Below, piece after piece: positions 8,776 through 18,751 of a stretch of DNA of 64,000 bases. The notes under the pieces were generated by a model. The model saw only the letters and a program-made list of their open reading frames with translations, did not search any database and was not told where the DNA came from. Position 1 is the first letter of the stretch; each line of letters starts with the position of its first letter. A program made the translations under genes and the position numbers. The stretch is from an uncultured delta proteobacterium (GTDB lineage Bacteria > Desulfobacterota > Binatia > Binatales > Binataceae), in assembly GCA_963808235.1 (NCBI GenBank), contig CAWEEQ010000004.1:1888001-1952000 (forward strand). The letters run 5' to 3'.

Positions 8776-9825
8776 TTAGCGGGCGGAGGTGCAGACTGAC
8801 CAGGCTGCGGTTGCCAGGGCGGGGACGCGGTCTTTCATGGTGATGAATAGGGGGTCGTCGGCTTGGCCTCTTACGAATCTTGAGTAGCTGCCTTCCATTA
8901 TGATCGCCAGTTTGAACAGGGCGAATGCCTGGTAGAAGGGGAACTCGCGCATTACGTAGCCGGTCTGCTCTTCGTAGAGCGCGATCATTTCGCGGCGGGT
9001 CAGCCATCCTGGGTCGGCATTCATGCTGGAGATCACCGAGGCTTTGTCGGTGGGATCGGGCCAATACGTGAGCATCCAGCCGAAATCCGCGAGCGGGTCG
9101 CCGATGGTGGACATCTCCCAGTCGAGCACCGCGATTGCGCGCGCAGTCGCCGGGTCGAACATCAGGTTGTCGAGCTTGTAGTCTCCGTGGACGATGGTCG
9201 GCGGGGGCGATTCGGGGATATGCGCGCGCAGCCATTCCTTGACCTGGTCCATCACGGGCAGCGGGCGGGTATGCGGAATGGTGCGTTCGAGCTGATCGGA
9301 CCATCGCTTGAGCTGGCGCTCGAGATAACCCTCGGAGCGGCCGAAACCTTCGAGTCCGGCGCCGCGCCAGTCTACTTTTTGTAGGGCCGCGAGCACCTCG
9401 ACCATCTGCCGGCTTACGCTCCGGCGGAGTTCCGGCGTTTTCACGAAATTATTGCCGTCGGCGCGAACGACTTCTCCGCGCATGTACTCCATCAGGTAAA
9501 ACGGCGCGCCAATGTAAGCCGGATCGTCGCACGACGCGTACACGCGCGGCACCGGCACGGGCGTGTCTTGCAAGGCTTTCAGGACTCGATACTCGCGCAT
9601 CATGTCGTGCGCGGTCGGGAGCAGAGGTCCACGTGGCGGGCGACGAAGCGCCCATGAGTGGCCGTCGAAGTGAATCAGGTGAACCTCGTTGGAATGGCCG
9701 AACGAGATGTTTTCGGAGCGCAGGCCCGCGGTATCGCCGAGCTTGCGCTCGTCGAGAAAGCGCTTCAGGCCTGAAAGATCAACGGTAGCCGAGGGTCCGG
9801 TTTTTTCCTGCGTCGAGTCGCTCAT
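8776..9825 (-). CDS. APH/choline kinase-like phosphotransferase family protein
   Basis: LRRPP..TAHDMMREY, IVHGDYKLDN, AVLDWEMSTIGDPLAD motifs; likely start MSDSTQEK at 9825. Confidence 0.9.
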   Translation of the reverse strand: MSDSTQEKTGPSATVDLSGLKRFLDERKLGDTAGLRSENISFGHSNEVHLIHFDGHSWALRRPPRGPLLPTAHDMMREYRVLKALQDTPVPVPRVYASCDDPAYIGAPFYLMEYMRGEVVRADGNNFVKTPELRRSVSRQMVEVLAALQKVDWRGAGLEGFGRSEGYLERQLKRWSDQLERTIPHTRPLPVMDQVKEWLRAHIPESPPPTIVHGDYKLDNLMFDPATARAIAVLDWEMSTIGDPLADFGWMLTYWPDPTDKASVISSMNADPGWLTRREMIALYEEQTGYVMREFPFYQAFALFKLAIIMEGSYSRFVRGQADDPLFITMKDRVPALATAAWSVCTSAR

Positions 9826-9983
9826 CGAGGGTACTGTTAACTGTTTTCGCAAATGTGCGCTGTGGTCAAGAGAAGGGTGTGGGCGAAATCGGTTTCCGTA
9901 TCGAAACCTAATCCGTTGCCATGGTCGAGTGGGTCGGAGATGCGTGGATGGTGTGGTGTCGTTTGCGTCGAGAGAGATCCGGA

Positions 9984-10106
9984 GTTCTTCGCTGCGCTCA
10001 GAATGACTCAAAGATAAACGACGGAGAGTGGAAATACAGGACGTCGCTTCGTCCTTCGAGAATACTCAGGGCAGGCTCCGGTCCCTCGACTTCGCTCGGG
10101 ACGACA
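9984..10106. repeat. Cluster of three REP-like palindromic units
   Basis: gttcttcgctgcgctcagaatgac (9984-10007), gtccttcgagaatactcagggcaggctc (10051-10078), gtccctcgacttcgctcgggacgac (10081-10105); related imperfect hairpins. Confidence 0.65.
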
Positions 10107-10129
10107 GAGGGAGAGCGGGTGAAGCAAAT

Positions 10130-10163
10130 CGGGTAGTGTCTCGGTTTGCTGAGACACTACCCG
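10130..10163. repeat. Perfect 13-bp inverted repeat (terminator or collapsed MITE-like element)
   Basis: cgggtagtgtctc-ggtttgct-gagacactacccg immediately after the stop of 10168-10734. Confidence 0.8.
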
Positions 10164-10167
10164 CGAA

Positions 10168-10734
10168 TTAGCGGAAGGGGTGGGCGCGGCTGAGGCGCCA
10201 TGATTTCCAGCTCACGTAGAGTGGAGCGGCGAGCGCCATGGCAATGACTGCCAGCATCGCGAAGGCGAGGACTGCGACCGCCATGTTGAAGACGCCCGGC
10301 TCCGCCCTGAAGATCAAACGATCGCCGGTAACGGGGTTGACCGAGGCGTCGGCGATGTAACCGAGGACTTGATTGGACAACCATACTGCCGGCTCCCAGA
10401 CGATCTTCTCGCCTGAACCGACAAGGTCCGAAGCGGAGTTGGTGATATCGCTCGCCGCTGCGTTGAGCTCTGCCGCGGTATCGTCACTGAATGAGATGGG
10501 CGCCGCCGATCGAAGATTCGGAGCGGTGGCCGGTTGGGTCGAAGTGACCGGCCTCAGCCCTGCGCCGTTGCCTGGACGGCCGCGCTGGATGACGAATGCG
10601 AGTGCTACCGCGAAGCAGAGCACCAGGAACGCGAAGGTCGAGAATTCGCGCGGTCCGCCGATACGGCGCAAGTTGGATCCGACTTGCCTGCCGGGCTGCT
10701 CGCGGCGTCTAGCTGGCATTTCGAGTATTGCCAT
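10168..10734 (-). CDS. Hypothetical membrane protein (two hydrophobic segments)
   Basis: GGGAGG SD ahead of ATG 10734; own sigma70 promoter; downstream hairpin. Confidence 0.7.
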   Translation of the reverse strand: MAILEMPARRREQPGRQVGSNLRRIGGPREFSTFAFLVLCFAVALAFVIQRGRPGNGAGLRPVTSTQPATAPNLRSAAPISFSDDTAAELNAAASDITNSASDLVGSGEKIVWEPAVWLSNQVLGYIADASVNPVTGDRLIFRAEPGVFNMAVAVLAFAMLAVIAMALAAPLYVSWKSWRLSRAHPFR

Positions 10735-10834
10735 CGTTTTCAAGCCTCCCTTGGAACGCACGCGCTTGCGGTAACTCTCCGGTTCCCATCCGGTGGCGAC
10801 CTTTGATTTGATGCGTGCCGTCCGCTGCTTTCAG

Positions 10835-10863
10835 AGCCTACGGCTTGTAGCAAATTCAGTCAA
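10835..10863 (-). promoter_or_regulatory. sigma70-type promoter
   Basis: TTGACT-N17-TAGGCT on minus strand, about 95 nt upstream of ATG 10734. Confidence 0.65.
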
Positions 10864-10970
10864 GACGGCGTATCGAAGCGAATTTGCAGGCATTTCGGCG
10901 CACCGATTTCGTCTCAGTTGAGGCTCGGCGTCTTGCGACCGCGAAGTACGCACCTATACAAAGAAGTGCG

Positions 10971-11882
10971 ATGGGAACTGCGACTAAACTGCACAGCGAT
11001 GAGACGGCCGGCCCGATGGCCGCGATGATCCGGCTCGCGCGGCCGCATCAGTGGATCAAGAACACGCTGGTCGGGGCGGCGCTGATATTCAGCCGGCGGT
11101 TGTTCGATCCGCGCGATGTAGCCCTCACTGCGATTGCATTTGTGGCGTTCTGCGCGCTGGCGAGCGCGGGCTACGTGATGAATGACATCGTGGACCGGGA
11201 AGCCGATCGTCTCAATCCCGAGAAATGCGATCGTCCGTTGGCGCGCGGGGACCTGACGGTTGCGGCGGCGACCAGGATGGCGCTGGTGCTCGCGACGATC
11301 GCGATTGTTTTGAGCGTCGCGCTGGGATCGAGATTTGCGGGAATCGCCCTACTCTATGCGATCCTTCAGCTCGGCTACTCGTTCTGGGCGAAGCATCACG
11401 TGGTTATCGACGTGATCGCGGTTGCGATTGGCTTCGTGCTGCGGGCGTTTGCCGGGGGAGTCGCGATCCACGTCGAGGTGTCGCCCTGGCTGGTGTTCAT
11501 CACGTTCGTGTTGGCGCTGTTCCTGGTGCTGGCGCGGCGGCGTCACGAGCTGATCGCGCTTGGGGACAGCGCGACAGCGCATCGCAGCGCGCTCTCGCAG
11601 TACAGTGTCAGGCTGGTCGATCAGATGATCTCGATCGTCGGCGGCGCGACCCTGGTGAGCTACATGATTTACACGGCGTCGGTCGAAGTCGAAACGAAGC
11701 TGGGGACGCCGTACCTTTACTTGACGGTGCCGTTCGTCGCGTTCGGAGTCCTCCGCTACCTATATCTGATCGACGAGCGCAATGAGGGCGGCGACCCGGC
11801 GCGGATGCTGCTGCAGGATCGGCCGCTGATGTTTGCGGTCGTGCTCTGGATTCTTACCGATATCGCGCTGCTGTACTTTTAG
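10971..11882 (+). CDS. UbiA-family prenyltransferase, decaprenyl-phosphate phosphoribosyltransferase-like
   Basis: RPHQWIKN, YVMNDIVDREADRLNPEKCDRPLARG, GFVLRAFAG, RRRHEL, GGDP motifs. Confidence 0.88.
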   Translation: MGTATKLHSDETAGPMAAMIRLARPHQWIKNTLVGAALIFSRRLFDPRDVALTAIAFVAFCALASAGYVMNDIVDREADRLNPEKCDRPLARGDLTVAAATRMALVLATIAIVLSVALGSRFAGIALLYAILQLGYSFWAKHHVVIDVIAVAIGFVLRAFAGGVAIHVEVSPWLVFITFVLALFLVLARRRHELIALGDSATAHRSALSQYSVRLVDQMISIVGGATLVSYMIYTASVEVETKLGTPYLYLTVPFVAFGVLRYLYLIDERNEGGDPARMLLQDRPLMFAVVLWILTDIALLYF

Positions 11883-11919
11883 CTTTTGACGTTCAAAACC
11901 GCGCGGGCCGGCGCGACGG

Positions 11920-14493
11920 CTAATAGCGCGGCAGCACGCCGGTAGTCGATCCCGCAAGCCCGTTTTGGGTGAACGGATTGCGCCCGAACGGACTCTGCCC
12001 GACCGAGCCGAGGCCGCCGAGGGTAAGCTGAAACTGAAACTGGACTTCGTTCGGATTGTACGACTCGGTGATCCCGAAGTCCGCCGCCCAACAGTCGCAT
12101 GGCGACTTGAGCCGTACCCCGTACTCGGCGTCGAGCAGCCTGCGCGCCGCAAAATCGTAGTCGGGCGCGAAGTACAGGCCCAAGCGATCGAATACGTCGG
12201 TGTAGGCGCGCGCGCTTATCGACTCCGCGCCGTTGCGATTGGTAGGCGTAAAGACCGTGTTGCGCCCATTCGTATAGTTGTAACCGATTTGGAAGAACGA
12301 GCCCTGCAGCGCCCTGCCCATATAGACTCTCGACGTGGCGTTGGACCATGGCGGTTGAATGTCCACCAAGGCGGTGGCGTAGGTAATCCCGGCATGGCTG
12401 CGCGGATTGTAGTCGAGCTGCGAACTGAAGGACGCAATCGTGGTTGGATAGACATTGAAGATGCCTTCGATGTCCGACACATGCGACCCGTCGAGCGCGA
12501 CTTCGTGCGAGGTATCATAAGCCTGTTGAATGGTGACCTGCGCAAGCTCGCGGGAACGAACGTCGCCCCGGTCAATCGACGCACCCTGCGGCCGCCCCTC
12601 GTCCGCCGGCACCGGCTCTTCATGAAACGGACCCACGGTCGAGTCGTCGGACGACAATTCATTGGTGGTTTCGGTCGAGGTATCGGTGGGCTGCTCTGGC
12701 TGCGGCAAGTCGCTGAATTTGCCGTAGAGCCGGGTGGTGACTCCATAAGTGATAAGGCTGCGCGGATCGAGGCGGTCGAACTGATCGAACAGAGGACGAT
12801 TGCCCTGGAATATGCGCGGTACATAGGCGTAGTTAACGAACGGCTCGATGGTGTTCTTGAGCTTGTCGATCGAGTGCCATCCGGTGTTGTAGACCCGATC
12901 CAGCAGGGTCGAGACGCCGGTCTTGAAGTATGGCACCGCGCTCTCGTGCATGCCCCCAGGGGTCAACTGCGATTCGAGCGTGAGACCATTGTTAAAATTA
13001 AGCCCCTCGGTCCCGACCGGAACGACGTTGACCTTTTGGCCGCCCGAGCTGTACACGGAGCCCTGCGAGCCGACGGTGGCGTAGCCGGTCAGATAGTCGC
13101 CGAAACGCCACGGCAAGGTGACCCGCGGGTCGACGTTAAATCGCCATCCCTGGTAACCCTTGTAGCGGTAGAAATCGACGGCCTGGGCGTCGTAATCGGC
13201 GAACATCAGGTTGTTGAACAATTCCTGGCGGCCAGTGAGAGTCAGATCGGGCAGGCGCTGCAGGGCAAACTGCTGGGGCTGAATGAGGTCCTGATTCCAG
13301 GTGCCTTGCAGGCGCACGAACGCGTTCTGGAATTCATCGAGCAGCCCGAAAGTGGAAATCGCGTTGCGCATCGAGCCGAAGCTGTTGCCGTAGCCGCGCG
13401 ACAGCGTCCAGACGTCCATCTCGCGCAGATAGAGGCTGTCGCTGACCGAAATCGCGTTACCGTAAGCGATCAGGTTGTCGGTGATGTGCTCGCGGGTCAT
13501 CGCGATCAGCCCGCCGCGATCTACCGGGATGTGCGGGTCGGCGATCTGCGGGTCCGCGATATCGGAGAGACGATTGTGCTCCGATCGGATGGATTCATCG
13601 TAAAACGCGCCGTTGCCCCACAGGTAGTCGTCCTCGCCATTGGTCAAACGATACTCGGCGAGTCCGCCGACTCGCTGCGAGGTCTCGACGTTGAGCGCGA
13701 AGGTCGCGTCGGAACTCTTGTTAATCGCGAGATAGTACGGCTGAAGCCACTGAACACCGCGCAATCCCGACTCACCCTGGCGGCCGGCCAGGAAGCCGCT
13801 ATGGCGGGTCGAATCGGCGGGAAACTTCGCGAAGGGAAGCGGAATGATCGGTTGGCCGAGCACGTCGAACTTGGCATTGTGCGCAGTCCCGCTGGTGCCG
13901 ACATTGACGTCCATCGTGTCGGCGCTGATCGACCAATCGGGCGCGCCCTTCTGACATGCGCAGGTGGTAAAGAAGCCGTCCTTGACCTGGTAGTTCTGGC
14001 CCTTGACCTTGATGATCCGCTTGCCTTCGAGATGGTAAGTATTTTTCTTGGCGAGAATCTTGGCGTTGTAGAGGTCGAACGTTTCATCGGTCAAGTTGAG
14101 GGTGGCGTCGGTGGCCCACATCTCGATTTCAGGATCGATCAAATGGACGTGGCCGAATGCGTGAGCCTCGCGGCGCGCGCGCATCACGTCGATCTCGTCG
14201 GCCTTGAGCACGCTGCCGCCCTGGGTCATGACGGCGTCGCCCTTTACGAAAAAGGTATCGGTTTTGGAGTCGTAAATCGTTTCCTTGCCGGTGACGTTGA
14301 TCGGTTCATGGTGCTCCTCACGAACCGGGGCAGGGACTCCGGAGCCACGACGGGACTGCGGGGACTGCGAGGAACTCGAACTGGGGGAAGGCGGCGAAAC
14401 TGTGTCGGCGAATGCGATTGCGGGCGCGAGCATCACTGCGCACAATCCCGCGATCGCAATTCTTTTAAGCGCCGGCTTCAGGAAACAACCCAC
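11920..14493 (-). CDS. lptD: LPS-assembly protein LptD (start approximate)
   Basis: Signal peptide, OstA-like N-terminus, FTTCAC...PDW, RHSGFL, PYYLAINKSSDAT, C-terminal CDCW and LTLGGLG; follows folC. Confidence 0.85.
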   Translation of the reverse strand: MGCFLKPALKRIAIAGLCAVMLAPAIAFADTVSPPSPSSSSSQSPQSRRGSGVPAPVREEHHEPINVTGKETIYDSKTDTFFVKGDAVMTQGGSVLKADEIDVMRARREAHAFGHVHLIDPEIEMWATDATLNLTDETFDLYNAKILAKKNTYHLEGKRIIKVKGQNYQVKDGFFTTCACQKGAPDWSISADTMDVNVGTSGTAHNAKFDVLGQPIIPLPFAKFPADSTRHSGFLAGRQGESGLRGVQWLQPYYLAINKSSDATFALNVETSQRVGGLAEYRLTNGEDDYLWGNGAFYDESIRSEHNRLSDIADPQIADPHIPVDRGGLIAMTREHITDNLIAYGNAISVSDSLYLREMDVWTLSRGYGNSFGSMRNAISTFGLLDEFQNAFVRLQGTWNQDLIQPQQFALQRLPDLTLTGRQELFNNLMFADYDAQAVDFYRYKGYQGWRFNVDPRVTLPWRFGDYLTGYATVGSQGSVYSSGGQKVNVVPVGTEGLNFNNGLTLESQLTPGGMHESAVPYFKTGVSTLLDRVYNTGWHSIDKLKNTIEPFVNYAYVPRIFQGNRPLFDQFDRLDPRSLITYGVTTRLYGKFSDLPQPEQPTDTSTETTNELSSDDSTVGPFHEEPVPADEGRPQGASIDRGDVRSRELAQVTIQQAYDTSHEVALDGSHVSDIEGIFNVYPTTIASFSSQLDYNPRSHAGITYATALVDIQPPWSNATSRVYMGRALQGSFFQIGYNYTNGRNTVFTPTNRNGAESISARAYTDVFDRLGLYFAPDYDFAARRLLDAEYGVRLKSPCDCWAADFGITESYNPNEVQFQFQLTLGGLGSVGQSPFGRNPFTQNGLAGSTTGVLPRY

Positions 14494-15776
14494 TACGCCC
14501 CCCACGGGCCAGGAAGTACGCGTAAACTTCGCCGATAAGATACACCGAACCGGTAACAAGCGCCACGTCGTCGGACGCCATTTCCGACACGACTCGGTCC
14601 ACAGCGCGAAGTGGATCGCGCTCGACGCGCGCCGGCACATGAGGCGCGAAATGATCCAGCAGCATCTCGGGCTCAAGCGGGCTCTTCGGTTTGGCGCGGG
14701 TCAGGGTGACGTCGTGGACTCGCGGCGCGAGCATCGCGGCCATCTTGGGCCAGTCCTTGGCGGATTGGCAGCCGAAGATCAGTCGAGGTTTCACGACGGG
14801 GCCGAGCTCGACCGTCATGGTCTCCAACAGCGCGGCGATGCTCATCTCATTGTGAGCGCAATCGAGGATGACCAGCGGGCGTTTCGAGACTATGTCGAAG
14901 CGGCCCGGCCAGTAGATGTCGCGCAGGCCGCGGCGGACCGCATCTTCCTCGATACGCCAGCCCTGGACGCGAAGGTCTTCGAGCGTTGCGACCGCGATTG
15001 CGCCATTCTCATGCTGAAAAGGACCGGCGAGTCCGATTTCGAGATCGCGCAGTTCGAGGCCAAGTCCGTGATAGTCGAATCGATGCGCCGGGGCGTGCGA
15101 TCGGTAAGTGAAGTCGCGATCGATGAGTCGCACCGCGCTTTGCCGATTCGCCGCGATCGAGGTCAGCGCGAGGCGCGCGTCGGGCTCGCGCGCGCCGATT
15201 ACGACCGGCACCTCGTTCTTGATTATTCCGCCCTTCTCGCCGGCAATCGCAGCGATCGTGTGGCCTAGATATTCCATGTGATCGAAACCGATCGGCGTTA
15301 TCACACTCAGAATCGGGGTGATCACGTTGGTCGAATCAAGCCGCCCGCCGAGGCCGGTTTCGATTATGGCGATATCGACGCGCGCGTCGGCGAAGTACGC
15401 GAACATCATCGCGACGGTGAACTCAAAGAAGGTCGGCGCGAGTCCGGCGGAATCGAAAATCGCGCGCAGCCGCTCGATGTAGTCGAGCATCAGGGAGGCG
15501 GAAATTTCCGCGCCGTCGATTCGGGTGCGCTCGGCAAGGTTCACCAGGTGCGGCTTGGTGTAGAGGCCAGTGCGATAACCCGCAGCGCGGAGGCAACTGT
15601 CGAGCATCGCGGCAACACTGCCTTTGCCCTTGGTGCCCGCGATATGCACGGCGCGAATGACGATGATGCGGATTGCCGATCAGCGCGAGCGCGGCGTCCA
15701 TGCGCTCGAGCTTGTAAATCTCGCCGCGCGATTCGAGCGAATAGAGCCAGTCGATAGTTTCGCTTAGCCGGTCCAT
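14465..15776 (-). CDS. folC: Dihydrofolate/folylpolyglutamate synthase, frameshift near 15659
   Basis: N-terminus MDRLSETIDWLYSL..GNPHH in one frame continues as IRAVHIAGTKGKGS, ETGLGGRLDSTN, WPGRF, DCAHN, VTGSVYLIGE in another. Confidence 0.9.
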
Positions 15777-15838
15777 GACTCAGGAGGCAGTTTAACGAGT
15801 GGGATGCGGATGCGGAAGATTCGTGGACCCGCCGACGC

Positions 15839-16705
15839 TTACTTCTTGTGCCGGCGCAGACCTGCGCCGCGGTTGGCGCGCGGTCGGGTCAGCATCGCGA
15901 GCAGACGCGCGAGCGTGAAGCGCATCTGATGGCGCGGGACGATCGCGTCGAGCATCCCGTGGGCGAGCAAAAATTCGGAGCGCTGGAAATCGTCTGGGAG
16001 CTGTTGATTGCTGGTCTGCTCGGTCACCCGGCGGCCGGCAAATCCGATCAGCGCGCCGGGCTCGGAAATATTCAGGTCGCCAAGCATCGCGAACGACGCC
16101 GCAACGCCGCCCGTGGTCGGATCGCAGAGCACGGAAATGTAGGGAAGGCGCGCGTCGCGAAGCCGTGCAATCGCCGCCGACACCTTCGCCATCTGCATCA
16201 GGGAGAGCGCTCCCTCCTGCATGCGCGCGCCGCCTGACGCGGCGAACACGATCACCGGCAGTTTGCGCTCGCAGGCGAGATCGAAGAGGCGCGCGAGTTT
16301 CTCGCCGACCACGACTCCCATGCTGCCGCCCATGAATTCGAAATCCATAACGCCCACGGCCACCGGGCGATTCTCAATCTTGCCGATGCCGACGACTACC
16401 GCGTCGTTGCGGCCGCTCTTCGCACGCGCCTGCTCCATCCGCGCCGGATATGGGCGCGAATCGACGAAGCCAAGCGGATCGCCGACGGCCATCCCGGCCA
16501 TCAGTTCCCGCCAAGTGCCGCGATCGACGCTGATCGAGAGGCGTTGGGCGACGGTGAGGCGAAAGTGATGCCCGCACTTGGGGCAAACGTTCAGGTTACG
16601 TTCGACTTCCTTGCGAAACGCGATCTCCTTGCACGACGGACACTTCGACCAGATGTCGTCCGAAGGAGCCTGCGCGCTGCTTGCGAGTGGTTCGCGTTCA
16701 GCCAT
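15839..16705 (-). CDS. accD: Acetyl-CoA carboxylase carboxyltransferase beta subunit
   Basis: WSKCPSC..VCPKC zinc finger, FMGGSMG, SGGARMQEG, PTTGGV. Confidence 0.96.
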   Translation of the reverse strand: MAEREPLASSAQAPSDDIWSKCPSCKEIAFRKEVERNLNVCPKCGHHFRLTVAQRLSISVDRGTWRELMAGMAVGDPLGFVDSRPYPARMEQARAKSGRNDAVVVGIGKIENRPVAVGVMDFEFMGGSMGVVVGEKLARLFDLACERKLPVIVFAASGGARMQEGALSLMQMAKVSAAIARLRDARLPYISVLCDPTTGGVAASFAMLGDLNISEPGALIGFAGRRVTEQTSNQQLPDDFQRSEFLLAHGMLDAIVPRHQMRFTLARLLAMLTRPRANRGAGLRRHKK

Positions 16706-17549
16706 TTGTATTACCTGCCGATGCGGCGTTTTGAGAGCTACGCGCCGCCCGCATCGCATCTTTCATCGCGGCGACCAAGTCGCCGACGGCCGCGATGACG
16801 TCGCCGGACTTGATGTGCGCCTCCACCAGCAGAGAAATTGCGCTGCCCACCACGACCGCGTCCGCAATCGTTGCGACCTCGGCGGCTTGCGCCGGCGTCG
16901 AGATTCCGAATCCTACTCCGAGCGGCAAGTCGGTCACACTTCTGAGCTCGCGGATATGTTCGGCCAAGCCAGAGTCGAGATGCGTTCTCGCGCCGGTCAC
17001 TCCGGTCACCGAGACATAGTAGAGAAAGCCGCTCGCGGAGTGTGCGATTTTGCGGCTCCGCTCAATCGGAGTCGTGGGTGCGAGGAGTTGAATGATGTCG
17101 AGACCGTTTGCGCGTGCGGGACCCTTCAGCTCGCCGGCTTCCTCCAGCGGCATGTCTATGACCAGCAGCGCGTCGATTCCCGCGCGCGCGGCGTCCGCGC
17201 ACAGCCGCTCGCATCCGTAGTGAAAAATCGGGTTGTAGTAGCCGAACAGGATCAAAGGAATCTCGGTCTCTTTGCGGAGCTCGCTCACCATCGAGAGAAT
17301 CGCGGCCAGCGACGCGCCCGCGCCGAGTCCGCGCGCAAGTGCGCGCTGGTTCGCCGGTCCATCGGCCATCGGATCGGAAAATGGCACGCCCATTTCGATC
17401 AAGTCTGCGCCGCGCCGTTCCAGCTCGAGTACCAGGCGTCGAGTCGTGTCGAGATCCGGATCGCCTGCGACGATAAACGGGACCAGCGCCGCCTCGCCGC
17501 GCGCGCGAAGTTCTTTAAATTTCCTTTTGATGCGTCCCTGTGATGCCAT
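16698..17549 (-). CDS. trpA: Tryptophan synthase alpha chain
   Basis: EMGVPFSDPMADGP, YYNPI, SVTGVTG, VGFGIS. Confidence 0.97.
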   Translation of the reverse strand: MASQGRIKRKFKELRARGEAALVPFIVAGDPDLDTTRRLVLELERRGADLIEMGVPFSDPMADGPANQRALARGLGAGASLAAILSMVSELRKETEIPLILFGYYNPIFHYGCERLCADAARAGIDALLVIDMPLEEAGELKGPARANGLDIIQLLAPTTPIERSRKIAHSASGFLYYVSVTGVTGARTHLDSGLAEHIRELRSVTDLPLGVGFGISTPAQAAEVATIADAVVVGSAISLLVEAHIKSGDVIAAVGDLVAAMKDAMRAARSSQNAASAGNTNG

Positions 17550-17557
17550 CGCGAACC

Positions 17558-18751
17558 TCAGAGCGTCACGCCGAACGCCTTGGCGACGGACTGCATGTCT
17601 TTGTCGCCGCGTCCGGACAGATTGACGATCATGATTTGCTCCTTGGGAAGTTGCGGCGCGAGCTTGATTGCGTGCGCAACCGCATGCGAACTCTCGAGCG
17701 CCGGAATTATTCCCTCGGTCTCGGAGAGCAGTTTCAACGCGTCGAGTGCTTCACTATCGGTGACCGAGGTGTATTCGGCGCGGCCGACGTCGTGCAGCCA
17801 CGAATGCTCCGGGCCGACGCCGGGATAATCCAGTCCTGCCGCTATCGAATGCGTCTCGCGAATTTGCCCGAGCTCGTCCTGCAGCAGATAAGTTTTGTTG
17901 CCGTGCAGAACGCCGACGCTGCCCGCGGTGATCGTGGCCGCATGATGCGGTCCGCTGAGGCCGAGGCCGGCCGCCTCGACGCCAACCATCTTAACCCCCG
18001 TATCTTTGATGAACGGGTAGAAAAGTCCGATCGCGTTCGAGCCGCCGTTGACGCATGCGACCAGCACGTCAGGCAAACGTCCTTCGTGTTTGAGAATCTG
18101 TTTGCGTGCCTCGCGGCCGATCACGGCCTGGAGGTCGCGCACGATCATCGGGTACGGATGCGGCCCCGCGGTCGTGCCGATCAGGTAGTAGGTGTCGCGC
18201 ACGGTCGCGATCCAATCGCGAAGTGCCTCATTCATAGCGTCTTTCAGGCTCTTGCTGCCCGACTCGACCGGCGTAACCTTCGCGCCTAGCAGCTTCATTC
18301 GAAAGACGTTCAGCGACTGACGCTCGACATCGACCGAGCCCATGAAAACTTCGCACTCGCGTCGAAAGAGCGCGGCCATGGTGGCAGTGGCGACGCCATG
18401 CTGGCCGGCGCCGGTCTCCGCCGTGATGCGCGACTTATTCATCCGGACCGCCAGCAGCGCCTGGCCGAGCGTGTTGTTCACCTTGTGTGCGCCGGTGTGG
18501 CAAAGGTCTTCGCGCTTCAGATAAATCTTCGCGCCGCCGAGCTGCGAAGTAAGATTCGCGGCGAGGTACAGCGGCGTCGGACGTCCCACGAACTCGCGCG
18601 AACGATTTTCGAGCTCCTCGCGAAACTTTGGGTCGCGGCGCGCCTCTTTGTACGCTCGCTCGAGCTCGAACAGCGCCGGCATCAGCGTTTCCGCAACATA
18701 TTTTCCGCCGAACTGGCCGAAGTGGCCGCGGCTATCGGGTACGTTTTGCAT
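17558..18751 (-). CDS. trpB: Tryptophan synthase beta chain
   Basis: [51 protein letters not shown]. Confidence 0.98.
   Translation of the reverse strand: MQNVPDSRGHFGQFGGKYVAETLMPALFELERAYKEARRDPKFREELENRSREFVGRPTPLYLAANLTSQLGGAKIYLKREDLCHTGAHKVNNTLGQALLAVRMNKSRITAETGAGQHGVATATMAALFRRECEVFMGSVDVERQSLNVFRMKLLGAKVTPVESGSKSLKDAMNEALRDWIATVRDTYYLIGTTAGPHPYPMIVRDLQAVIGREARKQILKHEGRLPDVLVACVNGGSNAIGLFYPFIKDTGVKMVGVEAAGLGLSGPHHAATITAGSVGVLHGNKTYLLQDELGQIRETHSIAAGLDYPGVGPEHSWLHDVGRAEYTSVTDSEALDALKLLSETEGIIPALESSHAVAHAIKLAPQLPKEQIMIVNLSGRGDKDMQSVAKAFGVTL

Noticed and set aside
9826-10011. N-terminal extension of the phosphotransferase ORF
   Set aside because: Begins inside a REP-like repeat and is not domain-like; likely non-coding
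9984-10163. Possible CRISPR array
   Set aside because: Units are not identical, spacing is irregular, and no cas genes are present
11965-14538. 857-aa ORF antisense to lptD (also 4471-5991 opposite polA, 53231-54346, 61662-62921 and others)
   Set aside because: Shadow ORFs expected from high-GC codon bias; no motifs, SD or promoter, and they mirror well-supported genes
14465-15776. folC and folD as true pseudogenes (folate auxotrophy)
   Set aside because: Single indels with all catalytic motifs intact, and similar indels in unrelated genes, point to assembly error
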